Below are positions 26,227 through 35,704 of a stretch of DNA of 64,000 bases, in pieces. Each line of letters starts with the position of its first letter. Position 1 is the first letter of the stretch. The notes beneath the pieces are model-generated. The model did no database searches and was not told the origin of the DNA. It worked only from the letters and a program-made list of their open reading frames with translations. Source of the stretch: Candidatus Anstonellales archaeon (GTDB lineage Archaea; Micrarchaeota; Micrarchaeia; Anstonellales; J096); assembly GCA_038890615.1 (NCBI GenBank), contig JAWAFI010000002.1, positions 17,488 through 81,487 on the forward strand, written 5' to 3'. The position numbers were made by a program, and so were the translations under genes.

Positions 26227-27243
26227 ATGACTGATGACTTTGAGGGAGTTCAAATCAGTGTCGTTGGCGTTGGAGGAGGGGGGAGCAACTGCGTCTCCCG
26301 CATGATGTCCTCCGGGATAAAGAGCGCAAGAACAGTGGCCATAAACACAGATTCAAGGCACCTATTAATCACGCAGGCCCACAAGAAAGTCCTTATTGGG
26401 AAGAAGATAACAAGAGGGATGGGAGCAGGAGGGGATGAAAAAATAGGAGAGAAGTGCGCTGAGATGGATGCTGCCCTAATAAAAGAGGCAATAGGAAACT
26501 CCAACCTGGTTTTTGTTACAGCTGGGATGGGAGGAGGAACAGGAAGCGGGGCAGCGCCGGTAGTGGCTAGGATAGCAAAAGAGATGGGCGCCATAACAAT
26601 AGGGGTAGTTACCTACCCATTTGCTTTGGAACGCACAAGGCTCAGGAAAGCAGAGATGGCCATAAACAGAATGGTTAAGGAGTGCGACACTCTAGTAGTA
26701 ATAGACAACAACAGGCTCCTATCTTATGCTCCTAACCTTCCACTGAACCAGGCCCTTGAGATGGTTGATTCAGTGACTCAAAGGGCAGTGGTGGGAATAA
26801 GCGACACCATAATACTCCCTTCATTGATGAACATTGACTATGCAGATGTTAAGAGCGTAATGGCAAACAGGGGCATTGCAATGATTTCTTTAGGCGAAGG
26901 ATATGGCTATACAAAGATAGAGGATGCTGCCAAAAGCGCGCTTGAGCATCCCTTGCTTGATACAACTTACGAAGGGGCAAAGGCAGCACTTGTGCACATA
27001 GAAGGCAATTCCTCACTAACTCTTGGAGAGGCAATAAAGCTGGGCAACATGATAACAGATCGCTTTGACCCTGATGCTAATGTGAAAATAGGGGCCCGCA
27101 TACTCCCTGATATCGAAGGAGTTCGTGTAACTACTATAGTGGCAGGCCTTTCATCCCCATGCTTCCTAAATGGCAAGGCAACAAGCTCTAGTGCCAATTC
27201 CGTGGTCCAAAACTACAGCCCGGAGACTCTCTATACCCTCTAA
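26227..27243 (+). CDS. ftsZ: Cell division GTPase FtsZ (paralogue 2)
   Basis: GVGGGGSN, GGGTGSGAAPVVA, NIDYADV. A divergent C-terminus lacks an obvious conserved C-terminal peptide. Confidence 0.85.
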   Translation: MTDDFEGVQISVVGVGGGGSNCVSRMMSSGIKSARTVAINTDSRHLLITQAHKKVLIGKKITRGMGAGGDEKIGEKCAEMDAALIKEAIGNSNLVFVTAGMGGGTGSGAAPVVARIAKEMGAITIGVVTYPFALERTRLRKAEMAINRMVKECDTLVVIDNNRLLSYAPNLPLNQALEMVDSVTQRAVVGISDTIILPSLMNIDYADVKSVMANRGIAMISLGEGYGYTKIEDAAKSALEHPLLDTTYEGAKAALVHIEGNSSLTLGEAIKLGNMITDRFDPDANVKIGARILPDIEGVRVTTIVAGLSSPCFLNGKATSSSANSVVQNYSPETLYTL

Positions 27244-27256
27244 CCTTTTTTATTTA

Positions 27257-29665
27257 TTACTTCGGCTTGAATCCCCTCATTAATAAGCTGTTTGCAACAA
27301 CGCTTATAGAGCTTAGCGCCATTGCCGCCCCTGCTAATGCAGGGTCCAGTACAAGCCCTGTAAATGGGTATAAAACCCCCATAGCAATGGGTATCCCAAC
27401 CGCGTTGTAGAAGGATGCCCAGAACAGGTTCTGTTTTATTTTGCTTACTGAATACTTGCTCAATTGCACTGCCTTTACTACATCTTTTAGGCTGCTTTTG
27501 ACCAGCACCATGTCTCCGCTTTCTATTGCCACATCAGTGCCTGCGCCTATTGCAATGCCTACATCTGCCTGTGCAAGCGCATGCGCATCGTTTATTCCGT
27601 CTCCAACAAACGCAACCTTTCCACTCTCCTGCAGCTTCTTCACCTTTTCTGTCTTTTCTTGTGGCGCTAGCTCAGCAGCAACATCTTCTATGCCAGCCTG
27701 CTTTGCTATTGCTTTTGCAGTTCTTTTGTTGTCCCCAGTAACCATTGCCACCTTATACCCCATTCCTTTAAGCTTTTCTACTGCTTCCTTTGAGTCATCT
27801 TTTATAACATCTGCAATCCCTATTATACCTGCAAGTTTGCCGTTTACTCCAACAAAAATTACAGTATTTCCATTTTCTTCAACTTTTTCAATTATCTTAC
27901 GAGCATCCTTTGGGATTGAAACCTCTTTCTTTCTCATCATAGCTGAATTGCCTATTACAACATGCATCCTCTTAACAATACCTTCTACCCCATAGCCTAC
28001 TCTCTCTCTAAACCTATCCGCCTTTAGGCTGCTCTTTGCCGTTTTCACAATTGCCTTCGCGAGATGGTGCTCTGAATTTTTTTCAACTGCTCCTGCTAAC
28101 TCCAATAGTTCTTTCTTACTGATTCCAAACGGATGCACGTAAGTTACTTCAAGCTCCCCTTTTGTTATCGTCCCTGTCTTGTCAAAGAGAAACCACTTAA
28201 CCTGATGTAGTGTCTCAAGGCTTTCTGCATTCTTTATTAGTATTCCATTCTCCGCTCCCTTGCCGCTTGCTATCATAACTGCGGTTGGGGTTGCCAGACC
28301 CATTGCACATGGGCATGCAATAATCAGGGTGGAAATAAACATAGTCATTGCAAACACAAAGGTTTGCCCAGCAAGAAAGTACCAATAAATAAAAGCACAA
28401 ACTGCAAGTAACATGACAACTTGCACAAAATAGCCAGCTACTACATCAGCTATCCTTTGGATAGGTGCTTTGCTGCTCTGCGCCTCCTCAACAAGCTTGA
28501 TTATCTGCGCAAGCATTGTTTCACTGCCAACCTTGGTTGCTCTAAATTTAAAAGTCCCAACCCCATTTATAGTGCCTCCTATCACCTGATCCCCTCTTCT
28601 TTTCCTAACAGGCATGCTTTCCCCTGTGACCATGCTCTGGTCTACGCTGCTTTCGCCCTCAACAACAATCCCATCAACAGGTATCCTTGCGCCTGGCTTT
28701 ACCACTACTATTGAATCAACTACTACGCTTTCAACAGGAACCTCCCTTTCCTCTCCATTCAAAATTACTATTGCTGTTTTTGGCTGGAGTGCCAAGAGCT
28801 TCTTTATTGCTTCTGAGGTTTTTCCCTTAGCTATTGCTTCAAGGTACTTTCCAAGCACAATGAATGTCAAAAGCAGCGTTGCAGTTTCATAATACATAAT
28901 TCCGTGGATTACTGCGAACCCTATTAGCGTGCTGTAGACATACGCAGTTCCTACTCCTACAAACACAAGGCTGTCCATTCCTGGCGTCATCCTAAGAAGG
29001 CCCTTTAATCCCTTTTCAAATATCTCCTTGTTTAGATAAATGACACCACTTGCCATAAAAAATTGGAGAATTGCAGATACCTCTTTGCTAAGCATGTTGC
29101 TTAAGCTTTCAGTTCCGAGCATCTCAGGAAGCGCAAGAAGAAGCACAGGTATTGTAAGAAGAACTGAAAAAATCACCCTGTTCCTTAGCGCCCTAAGCTC
29201 TGCATTGCTCTTTTCCTCTGCTGAACCATGCTCTTCATAGGCCTCAATCCTATATCCAGCGCTTTCTATTGCTTTTTTTACCTTTTCAAAATCAGCCCTT
29301 TCCTTATCATACAATATATTTGCCCTCCCAGTAGCAAAGCTTACCTCTGCCTCTTTAATCCCCCACACTTCTTCTATCAACTTCTTTACATGTTCAGCGC
29401 GTTCTTTAGATTCAAGGCCAACTATCTTTACTTCCATCCCTTCTTTCTTCTCTTCAAGCTCCTCAACTTCATACCCTAGCCCCTTAATCAATCTCTTTAT
29501 TTCCCCAATTCCAATAATTCCTTCATGATATTCTACTGTGGCCTTTCCTGTGGCATAGTTCACATTTGCACTTTCAATACCTTTTATATTTCTTAGCTTT
29601 TTTTCTATGTTTACTGCACATGAGGAGCAATCCATACCATCTATCTGCAGTGTAACCCTTCTCAT
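27257..29665 (-). CDS. copA: Copper-translocating P1B-type ATPase
   Basis: N-terminal [18 protein letters not shown] plus a second degenerate HMA. TM CPC motif [16 protein letters not shown] phosphorylation site, and [10 protein letters not shown]. Confidence 0.9.
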   Translation of the reverse strand: MRRVTLQIDGMDCSSCAVNIEKKLRNIKGIESANVNYATGKATVEYHEGIIGIGEIKRLIKGLGYEVEELEEKKEGMEVKIVGLESKERAEHVKKLIEEVWGIKEAEVSFATGRANILYDKERADFEKVKKAIESAGYRIEAYEEHGSAEEKSNAELRALRNRVIFSVLLTIPVLLLALPEMLGTESLSNMLSKEVSAILQFFMASGVIYLNKEIFEKGLKGLLRMTPGMDSLVFVGVGTAYVYSTLIGFAVIHGIMYYETATLLLTFIVLGKYLEAIAKGKTSEAIKKLLALQPKTAIVILNGEEREVPVESVVVDSIVVVKPGARIPVDGIVVEGESSVDQSMVTGESMPVRKRRGDQVIGGTINGVGTFKFRATKVGSETMLAQIIKLVEEAQSSKAPIQRIADVVAGYFVQVVMLLAVCAFIYWYFLAGQTFVFAMTMFISTLIIACPCAMGLATPTAVMIASGKGAENGILIKNAESLETLHQVKWFLFDKTGTITKGELEVTYVHPFGISKKELLELAGAVEKNSEHHLAKAIVKTAKSSLKADRFRERVGYGVEGIVKRMHVVIGNSAMMRKKEVSIPKDARKIIEKVEENGNTVIFVGVNGKLAGIIGIADVIKDDSKEAVEKLKGMGYKVAMVTGDNKRTAKAIAKQAGIEDVAAELAPQEKTEKVKKLQESGKVAFVGDGINDAHALAQADVGIAIGAGTDVAIESGDMVLVKSSLKDVVKAVQLSKYSVSKIKQNLFWASFYNAVGIPIAMGVLYPFTGLVLDPALAGAAMALSSISVVANSLLMRGFKPK

Positions 29666-30579
29666 ACTAACACCCCGTAAACGAGCCCTGCTCTAGGACC
29701 ATAAATTATTAATCCAGTCAAGAAACTTGATAGCAAAAGGCTATTTATAAAAAAGCCTAAGAGGGTGGTATTAAAGTCACCTATCTTAACTTCTCCTTGT
29801 TCGCGGTACATTACATAACTCAACCCCCCTATCACCACCATGCACACGGCAGCTAGTAGATATAGAGATACCAAGAGGTTGTCGTTTATAAGCATTGCTG
29901 AAAGCATTGCGCCCATGGTTCCTGCCATTAACCCTGCCATTATCCCCTCCATTACGCCCATTATGCCACAGTAACGCCCAGCCATTATGCCAAACCCAAT
30001 CCCTAAAGAGGCACCAACTAAAGAACCTACAAACATTCCATTGGTCGCCCCTATTGTAGCTCCGCTCATAAAACCTACTACCATTCCTATCGTCATTCCA
30101 ATCATCATTCCGTTCATGCAACTAAGATTTCTTTTATAGCATTCTACGAGACTCATTGAATATGTAGTGACAACTCCTGTTGCTATTGAGAGTAGAATGA
30201 GTGGAAAATATACTTTTATGGTTGTTCCTAAAGTATAATATACCACGAGCACAAGCACTAAAAGAACGATTGCTGAGAAAAGCGCATAGTTAATCAATTT
30301 TGCCTCTACTACGAGCTTGCCTGAAAGCGTTCTCTTAATATATTCAAAAACCCTGTGTGGATCACCTCTTCTCTCTTCTGAGCCTTTCTCAAGATATCCA
30401 TTCTCTGCAAGTGCTCTTCTCAAGCCCGCTATCTTATCCTCCTCAACGCTAAACAAGACCTTTCCTGTTTTAATATCTATTTCAACAACCTGCGCTCCAT
30501 TCTCCTGCGCCACTTTTTTAAGTATCTCTATACAGGATTCGCAGGAAGCGTTCTGGAGGTTCAATTCAAGTTGACTCAT
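29662..30579 (-). CDS. HMA-domain / Met-Gly-rich polytopic membrane fusion protein (putative Cu(I)-handling membrane protein)
   Basis: N-terminal HMA fold with CESC ([16 protein letters not shown]...). Then six to eight TM helices rich in GxxxG and M ([30 protein letters not shown]...[19 protein letters not shown]). Overlaps the copA start by 4 nt. Confidence 0.5.
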   Translation of the reverse strand: MSQLELNLQNASCESCIEILKKVAQENGAQVVEIDIKTGKVLFSVEEDKIAGLRRALAENGYLEKGSEERRGDPHRVFEYIKRTLSGKLVVEAKLINYALFSAIVLLVLVLVVYYTLGTTIKVYFPLILLSIATGVVTTYSMSLVECYKRNLSCMNGMMIGMTIGMVVGFMSGATIGATNGMFVGSLVGASLGIGFGIMAGRYCGIMGVMEGIMAGLMAGTMGAMLSAMLINDNLLVSLYLLAAVCMVVIGGLSYVMYREQGEVKIGDFNTTLLGFFINSLLLSSFLTGLIIYGPRAGLVYGVLV

Positions 30580-30588
30580 TCCAGCACC

Positions 30589-30762
30589 TTATAGTATGGC
30601 CTTCTTTACTCTGCTTATCGTTTCATTACCCTCATATTCTATTATAACTTTCCCTATACTTACGTTGACACTCTTTAATCCTGGTATGTCAGCTATTACC
30701 CCCCTAATCAATGCACTTCGTGATTTGCAACACATTCTACTTATCTTTATTTCTGCTTTCAT
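30589..30762 (-). CDS. Small HMA-like (CopZ-like) protein with CC in place of CxxC
   Basis: From the internal ATG: MKAEIKISRMCCKSRSALIRGVIADIPGLKSVNVSIGKVIIEYEGNE, which has HMA beta-alpha-beta-beta-alpha-beta spacing. The metal-binding motif reads M-C-C rather than M-x-C-x-x-C. Confidence 0.35.
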   Translation of the reverse strand: MKAEIKISRMCCKSRSALIRGVIADIPGLKSVNVSIGKVIIEYEGNETISRVKKAIL

Positions 30763-30773
30763 TAAATCACCTC

Positions 30774-31016
30774 TTAGTGAATTACGATGTATCCCTCCTG
30801 TTCCATCATCGTGACGATATCTTCGATCCATTTCTGACCACAATCAATTATTGCTACAACCTCTTTGTGTTTCCTTTTAACATGGTTGTTCATATTTCCA
30901 ATATGCTTTTCTATTTCATCAAGAAGGTTCTCACATCTCATGCAACAAATCATCTGCAGTTCCGCTGTACCTTTTTCCGCATTTTCCTTCATTATTTTAT
31001 ATGTACCTCCCATCAT
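30774..31016 (-). CDS. Small Cys-rich putative metal-binding protein
   Basis: An 80-aa protein with ICCMRC...DCGQKW. It sits between the cupredoxin-like and CopZ-like genes on the same strand. Confidence 0.3.
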   Translation of the reverse strand: MMGGTYKIMKENAEKGTAELQMICCMRCENLLDEIEKHIGNMNNHVKRKHKEVVAIIDCGQKWIEDIVTMMEQEGYIVIH

Positions 31017-31564
31017 TCAACCACCATCTTTCCTACAAACATGTTCATACTACAATGGTATCTGTAGGAACCAACTTTATTTGGTGTGAACTCTACAACC
31101 TGTGTTTCTCCATTCTTGGAGTAGAGCCGAACACCAAACTCATCAAGAATCATGTATCTGCCGCATCCAGAAGAGGGTTCTGCGCTAAAGTAAAGCCTTA
31201 CTGGTACTCCTTTCTTAACTCGTACTTCTTCTGGCTCATATCTTCCTGTTCCAAGCGCCTTTATGTATATCTCTTGCATTTCTCCTTTTGCAGCAGACAG
31301 GTTTGTCTCATTTTGTTCGAGTTTAGACCATGAGTTTTCATTGCATCCACATCCTCCTAAACTCCAGCTGCTAATACTTGCTTTGGAAGGGTACAGGACT
31401 CTATTTTCTACTACGTTCCCATTTGCTTGCGCAGAGTCTGTACTCTTTTTTAAAGCTCCAGGCAACCCTAATATCACTCCTCCTGTCACTGCACCGGCGA
31501 GCAGGAGGGCCCAAAAGAGCACCCAAGTGGTTTTTTGTATTCTTATTTTTTCCACATACCTCAC
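31013..31564 (-). CDS. Membrane-anchored protein with Cys/His/Met-rich, cupredoxin-like C-terminal segment (putative copper-binding)
   Basis: N-terminal TM (WVLFWALLLAGAVTGGVILGL). C-terminal YRYHCSMNMFVGKM and GCGC / SSGCGRYM motifs. Confidence 0.3.
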   Translation of the reverse strand: MRYVEKIRIQKTTWVLFWALLLAGAVTGGVILGLPGALKKSTDSAQANGNVVENRVLYPSKASISSWSLGGCGCNENSWSKLEQNETNLSAAKGEMQEIYIKALGTGRYEPEEVRVKKGVPVRLYFSAEPSSGCGRYMILDEFGVRLYSKNGETQVVEFTPNKVGSYRYHCSMNMFVGKMVVE

Positions 31565-31612
31565 CCATAAGCTTTATAATGTTTCGTATGTTGAAACAAT
31601 ATATATTAATTA

Positions 31613-32158
31613 ATGAAACAAAGTTTCCAACCTTTGAAACGATATATTAAAAATAAAACGAACGGTTTTACTATGGAGATCAACAAGAAAATGGCTCTTT
31701 TGATTCTTATAATCTCACTGTTTGTTTTCCTTCTCACTGTTCTGGTCATTGTTTATTCAATCTATTCAGGAGGAGATGAAGTCCCTTTTCTGCTCAAACC
31801 TTTTATTGTTTACCACAACGAGTTCATGGTTCTTATGGGTCTAGTTGGGGTTTTTTCTGGAGTAGTAATTTATAGCATAATGGCTTCCTCTCTTAAGAAG
31901 CAGGAGATCATTACCCAGAAAAGCATAGACCTTCTTATTAAGGTTCTTCCTGATGACGAGCGCTCCATAGTAATGCACCTTAGGGGCAAAAAAGGTATGA
32001 GCACCCAAAGTGAGATATCAAAGATTCTTGGCTCGCGCCTCAAGGCCCATCGCCTAGTAAGAAAGCTTTCCGAGCGTGGTATCCTCCTTATTGACAGGTA
32101 CGGTAAAACAAACATTCTACGCCTTGCAGAAGAATTTTCCTTCCATGAAGAAAAGTAG
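31613..32158 (+). CDS. Membrane-tethered winged-helix transcription regulator (two TM helices plus C-terminal wHTH)
   Basis: An alternative ATG lies at 31673. Two hydrophobic helices, then MSTQSEISKILGSRLKAHRLVRKLSERGILLIDRYGKTN (MarR/TrmB-like wHTH). Divergent from the copper operon. Confidence 0.45.
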   Translation: MKQSFQPLKRYIKNKTNGFTMEINKKMALLILIISLFVFLLTVLVIVYSIYSGGDEVPFLLKPFIVYHNEFMVLMGLVGVFSGVVIYSIMASSLKKQEIITQKSIDLLIKVLPDDERSIVMHLRGKKGMSTQSEISKILGSRLKAHRLVRKLSERGILLIDRYGKTNILRLAEEFSFHEEK

Positions 32159-32162
32159 TGAA

Positions 32163-32234
32163 TGCCACAGGGCGGATTTGAACCGCCGACCCTCCGGTCT
32201 TCAGCCGGATGCTCTCCCGCTGAGCTACTGTGGC
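32163..32234 (-). tRNA. tRNA-Phe (anticodon GAA)
   Basis: Reverse complement GCCACAG-TA-GCTC-AGCGGGA-GAGC-AT-TCCGG-CTGAAGA-CCGGA-GGGTC-GGCGG-TTCAAAT-CCGCC-CTGTGGC-A. All four stems pair canonically. Confidence 0.85.
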
Positions 32235-32289
32235 TTTGATTTATCCATTAAGCTAATATATTTAAACCTTCCATTTATCTTAAAAGCAG

Positions 32290-33615
32290 GTGGACAATAT
32301 GGCTTCAGAAGAAGAAGTTGTTTCTATGGTAAGAGAGCAAGGGATAAGGTGGATTGACCTTCAGTTCACTGACGTTCTCGGGCATTTCCGAAATGTTTCG
32401 CTAGTTGCTGATTCAATAGGCACAACAGAGCTGAAGAAAGGAGTTTACACTGACCTCTCGCCCTTGTTTGGGGAGAACTCTTACCTCCTTCCTGATCCAA
32501 ACACTTATGCAAAAATAAGGTGGCTTAGGAGCACTGGGAGGTTCATTGCTTCACTTGTTGATGATAAGCAGAGGGCAAGGGAATACGACCCTCGTTATTC
32601 AATTGAAAAAGCGATTAAGCTTTCAGAGCTTGCTGGCTTCGGCCGCATTGATATCTCACCCTCCATTTGCTTCAATTTACTAGATACCGCTTCCATAGAC
32701 AGAACAAAGCCAGAAAAGCCAGGCGGGGTTCTTTTTGATTCAAGGGAAGCAGCATGGAGCCCTTCTCCCTTAGCAACTCCTGAGAATGCGTACATGTGCT
32801 CCCAGCCATACGATTCATTTGCCACAATAAGGGAGGAAACCTCTGATGTGCTTGAGGCAGATATGCGTTTTCGAGTGATGTCACACCATCATGGCGCAGG
32901 CAACACAGGGGCACAGAGGCTTAACCTTGCACCAATGACTCTCCTTGACGCAGGTGACGCCATCCAGAGCTGCAAGTTTATAATTAGGAACATTGCAACT
33001 GCTGCAGGTCTCACCGCTTCATTCCTTGCACAGCCAGTTCCATCTGACAAGCTCTCAAACTTCATTCTTGGAATAAGCATATGGAAAGGATCAGAAAACG
33101 CATTCTTTGAATCTAGCGGTGAACTTAGTGACAAGGCGCTTTATTTTGCAGGAGGGCTAATAGAGCATGCAGAGGTGCTTTCGCTGTTTGCTTCCCCAAG
33201 CCCCAACTCCTACAAGGCATTCTCTTCAATGTACGCAGGTTTTGGGAACGGTTGCTCTGTTGATTTCGCAGCTCCAGGGAACAGGCCTGACTCTAGCGTA
33301 GTTTTATTCAGAGGAACTGATGGAACAGCCAACCCCTATCTTGCAATTTCAGCCGTAATTGCTGCTGGTATTGATGGCATGAAAAAGAAGAGAGAGCCGA
33401 ATGAGTATGCTTCTTCCCTAGAGGATGTAAAGAAGCATGGCTTGCGCAGGATGACTTCATCATTTGAATACTCTCTTGAAGCTTTTGAGAGTGACAACTC
33501 CTTTGTCAAGAGCGTGCTTGAGCCAGCCCTACTTGATATCTACCTTAAGGAGTATGCAGTAATCCACAGAAAAGCAAGGGCAAACGCAGGTATGGATTAT
33601 TCTACAGGGCTCTAA
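32290..33615 (+). CDS. Glutamine synthetase family protein, divergent (active-site motifs appear degenerate)
   Basis: N-terminal GS beta-grasp (IRWIDLQFTDVLGHFRNVS). The catalytic-domain regions are recognisable (SHHHGAGNTGAQ, APGNRPDSSVVLF). By eye, the positions expected for Mn-binding Glu and the ATP-signature KP...H are substituted. Confidence 0.55.
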   Translation: MDNMASEEEVVSMVREQGIRWIDLQFTDVLGHFRNVSLVADSIGTTELKKGVYTDLSPLFGENSYLLPDPNTYAKIRWLRSTGRFIASLVDDKQRAREYDPRYSIEKAIKLSELAGFGRIDISPSICFNLLDTASIDRTKPEKPGGVLFDSREAAWSPSPLATPENAYMCSQPYDSFATIREETSDVLEADMRFRVMSHHHGAGNTGAQRLNLAPMTLLDAGDAIQSCKFIIRNIATAAGLTASFLAQPVPSDKLSNFILGISIWKGSENAFFESSGELSDKALYFAGGLIEHAEVLSLFASPSPNSYKAFSSMYAGFGNGCSVDFAAPGNRPDSSVVLFRGTDGTANPYLAISAVIAAGIDGMKKKREPNEYASSLEDVKKHGLRRMTSSFEYSLEAFESDNSFVKSVLEPALLDIYLKEYAVIHRKARANAGMDYSTGL

Positions 33616-33663
33616 ATATACTAAAACATCCATTGACCTCTATAACCATCTAGGAAAAAGAGA

Positions 33664-33751
33664 GAGCTAGGGGAGGGAATTGAACCCCCCTATGCCGGTT
33701 TCGGCTGCGAAGAGTACTGCAGCCGGCCGCGTTGCCGATCCGCCACCCTAG
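33664..33751 (-). tRNA. tRNA-Cys (anticodon GCA) with a putative 17-nt intron 3' of position 37
   Basis: Reverse complement GCTAGGG...CCCTAGC with discriminator U. Anticodon stem GCCGG/CCGGC encloses 24 nt. The loop reads CTGCAG (U33, GCA, G37) followed by TACTCTTCGCAGCCGAA and then A38. T-arm GGGGG-TTCAATT-CCCTC. Confidence 0.55.
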
Positions 33752-33793
33752 CGTTATTTTCTATAAACCAGATTTGTTTTTAATGTTTTTGCC

Positions 33794-34690
33794 CTAACTG
33801 AGGAGGTCCTTAAGCCTTCTTTTGAATATTGCTTTTTTTGCCCATGGGTCCACAGCAACCTCATCAGCGTATCTTCCTTCCTTATCAACTGCGTTTACAT
33901 TTGCCCCTGCATCTAATAAAATCTGCACTAAATTCATATGGAACATTTTTGCAGCAACTGCCAAAGCAGGGGTTCCATCCTTATCCTTTGCATCGACATC
34001 ATCCCCCTTCTCCAAAAACATTTTCACCAATTTTTCATCCCCGGATTTGATTGCTTCTATAAGCCTTGGGTTGCCTGTTTTCTTTGCATTTTCTTCAATT
34101 TTTTCAATCTTTTTGTTAATTATAAAATTTCTTATCCCTTCATCTTCTGCCAGGTCTTCTGCATATTTCCATTCTTTATTCGTGGAGAAAAGGTTTGCCC
34201 CGCGCTCAACTAAGAATTCAACAGCTTTTCTTCTCCCGCTTCTTGCAGCCCACATAAGAGGGGTGCAACCGTACTTATCGCTTTTATCTATCCAACATCC
34301 TAATTCAAGGAGAAGCCTTGCAATATCAATATTATCATTCCAGGCAGCCATCATAAGTGCATTCCTATCATGCTTGTCCTTTGCCTCATAGTCTGCTCCC
34401 TTTATTATAAGCCATACAACATTTTCTAATGCGTTGTTCTTGTTGTTTGTTGTTATATTAACAATTTTCCATCCTAATGCCCTCGCATCCCATTCGCCGA
34501 TCTTTGCCTTGTTTTTCTCATTTATCTCTTTAAGCTTATTGTAAATCTCATTTCCCTCTTCTCCTCTGTTTAATGCATGTACCGCCCTCATTACTATTTC
34601 TTTTTCTGTAAGCTTCCTCTCCTCTAATTTAACCTCTTTTTTTATTCCTTTTTTCTTCCCCTCTAGCTTAACATCCTTTTCTTTTTTCAT
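33794..34690 (-). CDS. Ankyrin-repeat protein
   Basis: At least five ANK repeats (NALMMAAWNDNIDIARLLLELG..., TPLMWAARSGRRKAVEFLVERGAN..., TPALAVAAKMFHMNLVQILLDAGANVN). Confidence 0.8.
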   Translation of the reverse strand: MKKEKDVKLEGKKKGIKKEVKLEERKLTEKEIVMRAVHALNRGEEGNEIYNKLKEINEKNKAKIGEWDARALGWKIVNITTNNKNNALENVVWLIIKGADYEAKDKHDRNALMMAAWNDNIDIARLLLELGCWIDKSDKYGCTPLMWAARSGRRKAVEFLVERGANLFSTNKEWKYAEDLAEDEGIRNFIINKKIEKIEENAKKTGNPRLIEAIKSGDEKLVKMFLEKGDDVDAKDKDGTPALAVAAKMFHMNLVQILLDAGANVNAVDKEGRYADEVAVDPWAKKAIFKRRLKDLLS

Positions 34691-34743
34691 TTATTATTCT
34701 CTAAAATATGCTTTTTAAGCTTTGCTTGCTTATCTTATTCTAA

Positions 34744-35703
34744 TTAGTACGCTACTATGTTTAAGTTATAACTGCATCCAGGGTCTTCCTCAACATACCC
34801 TGAAAGGAAGAGCCTTAGGTAGCCAAGTATTGGCACCCTTGCTATCACTTTGCCTTTTATCTGGCTCCTCTCAACTATAGAATTGCCCCCAAAGCCGCTG
34901 TATATTTGTATGTCAGCTATTTCATTGTTGTCCCCTTTTATTATATAATACTCATTGCTCTCTGTCTTTATCTTAAGCATAGCCCTGTGGATTATATCCC
35001 CCACCCTGCTGAATGCATCGCTTGGCTTTGGAGCGTATACAACTACATCCCCTCCCCTGTTGTCAATTACAATGTAATCTTTGTATTCAATCCTTTGCAG
35101 GCAAGGAACAAAACCTTCCTTTGCACCTTTCTTTACCCCTTTCCTATAGCAGGTTCCATAATGGAACTCAAAGTTGCCCCTTTTCTCCACTACCTTGCTC
35201 GGATAGTTGAAAAGATAAGCGCAAAACTCATGGCTTTCCGTAGCACAAGCAGAAAGCGCAGATCCCTTAACTTCTTCGCTTTTCCCCTCCCACTCAACTA
35301 CTGCATTGGCATTGGAAAGCCGTGCAACATCCTGCTCGCTCGCCTCTATTTCAGGGGCCCTTATACCTTCCCCATATATAACAACCAGATCCCCTCTTTC
35401 AAGGTTGGGGAGCATGCTACATGACACCACTGCATTTAGAGGAGAGCTAGTCCTTAGCGCAAATGAAAGTGCAAGCCATACTACTACTATAGCCCCTATT
35501 GTTATCACAGTGTCCTTAAGCTCTTCCTTCCAGCCTCTTTCCCTAACCCCCTGCGCCACCTCAAGCACTACTGCTATCACAAGGAAAATAGCACAAAGAA
35601 CCCCTAATATTGGCTCCCTGAATAGCACATAAAGTATAAGGAAAAATATGGAAAGCCCAATTGCAATCCTGTCTGCGTTTTCCTTTCCTATCTTGAAATC
35701 CAT
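34744..35703 (-). CDS. Signal peptidase I (S26 family) with large insertion
   Basis: N-terminal TMs, catalytic Ser box VVSCSMLPNLERGDLVVIY, and the C-terminal IIKGDNNEIAD (GDNN box). Confidence 0.55.
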   Translation of the reverse strand: MDFKIGKENADRIAIGLSIFFLILYVLFREPILGVLCAIFLVIAVVLEVAQGVRERGWKEELKDTVITIGAIVVVWLALSFALRTSSPLNAVVSCSMLPNLERGDLVVIYGEGIRAPEIEASEQDVARLSNANAVVEWEGKSEEVKGSALSACATESHEFCAYLFNYPSKVVEKRGNFEFHYGTCYRKGVKKGAKEGFVPCLQRIEYKDYIVIDNRGGDVVVYAPKPSDAFSRVGDIIHRAMLKIKTESNEYYIIKGDNNEIADIQIYSGFGGNSIVERSQIKGKVIARVPILGYLRLFLSGYVEEDPGCSYNLNIVAY

Positions 35704-35704
35704 C

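Noticed and set aside
30711-31333. Several + strand ORFs (30711-31067, 30865-31089, 31001-31333) in the copper locus
   Set aside because: They are antisense to the compact minus-strand cop operon genes and have hydrophobic low-complexity composition, so they are shadow ORFs.
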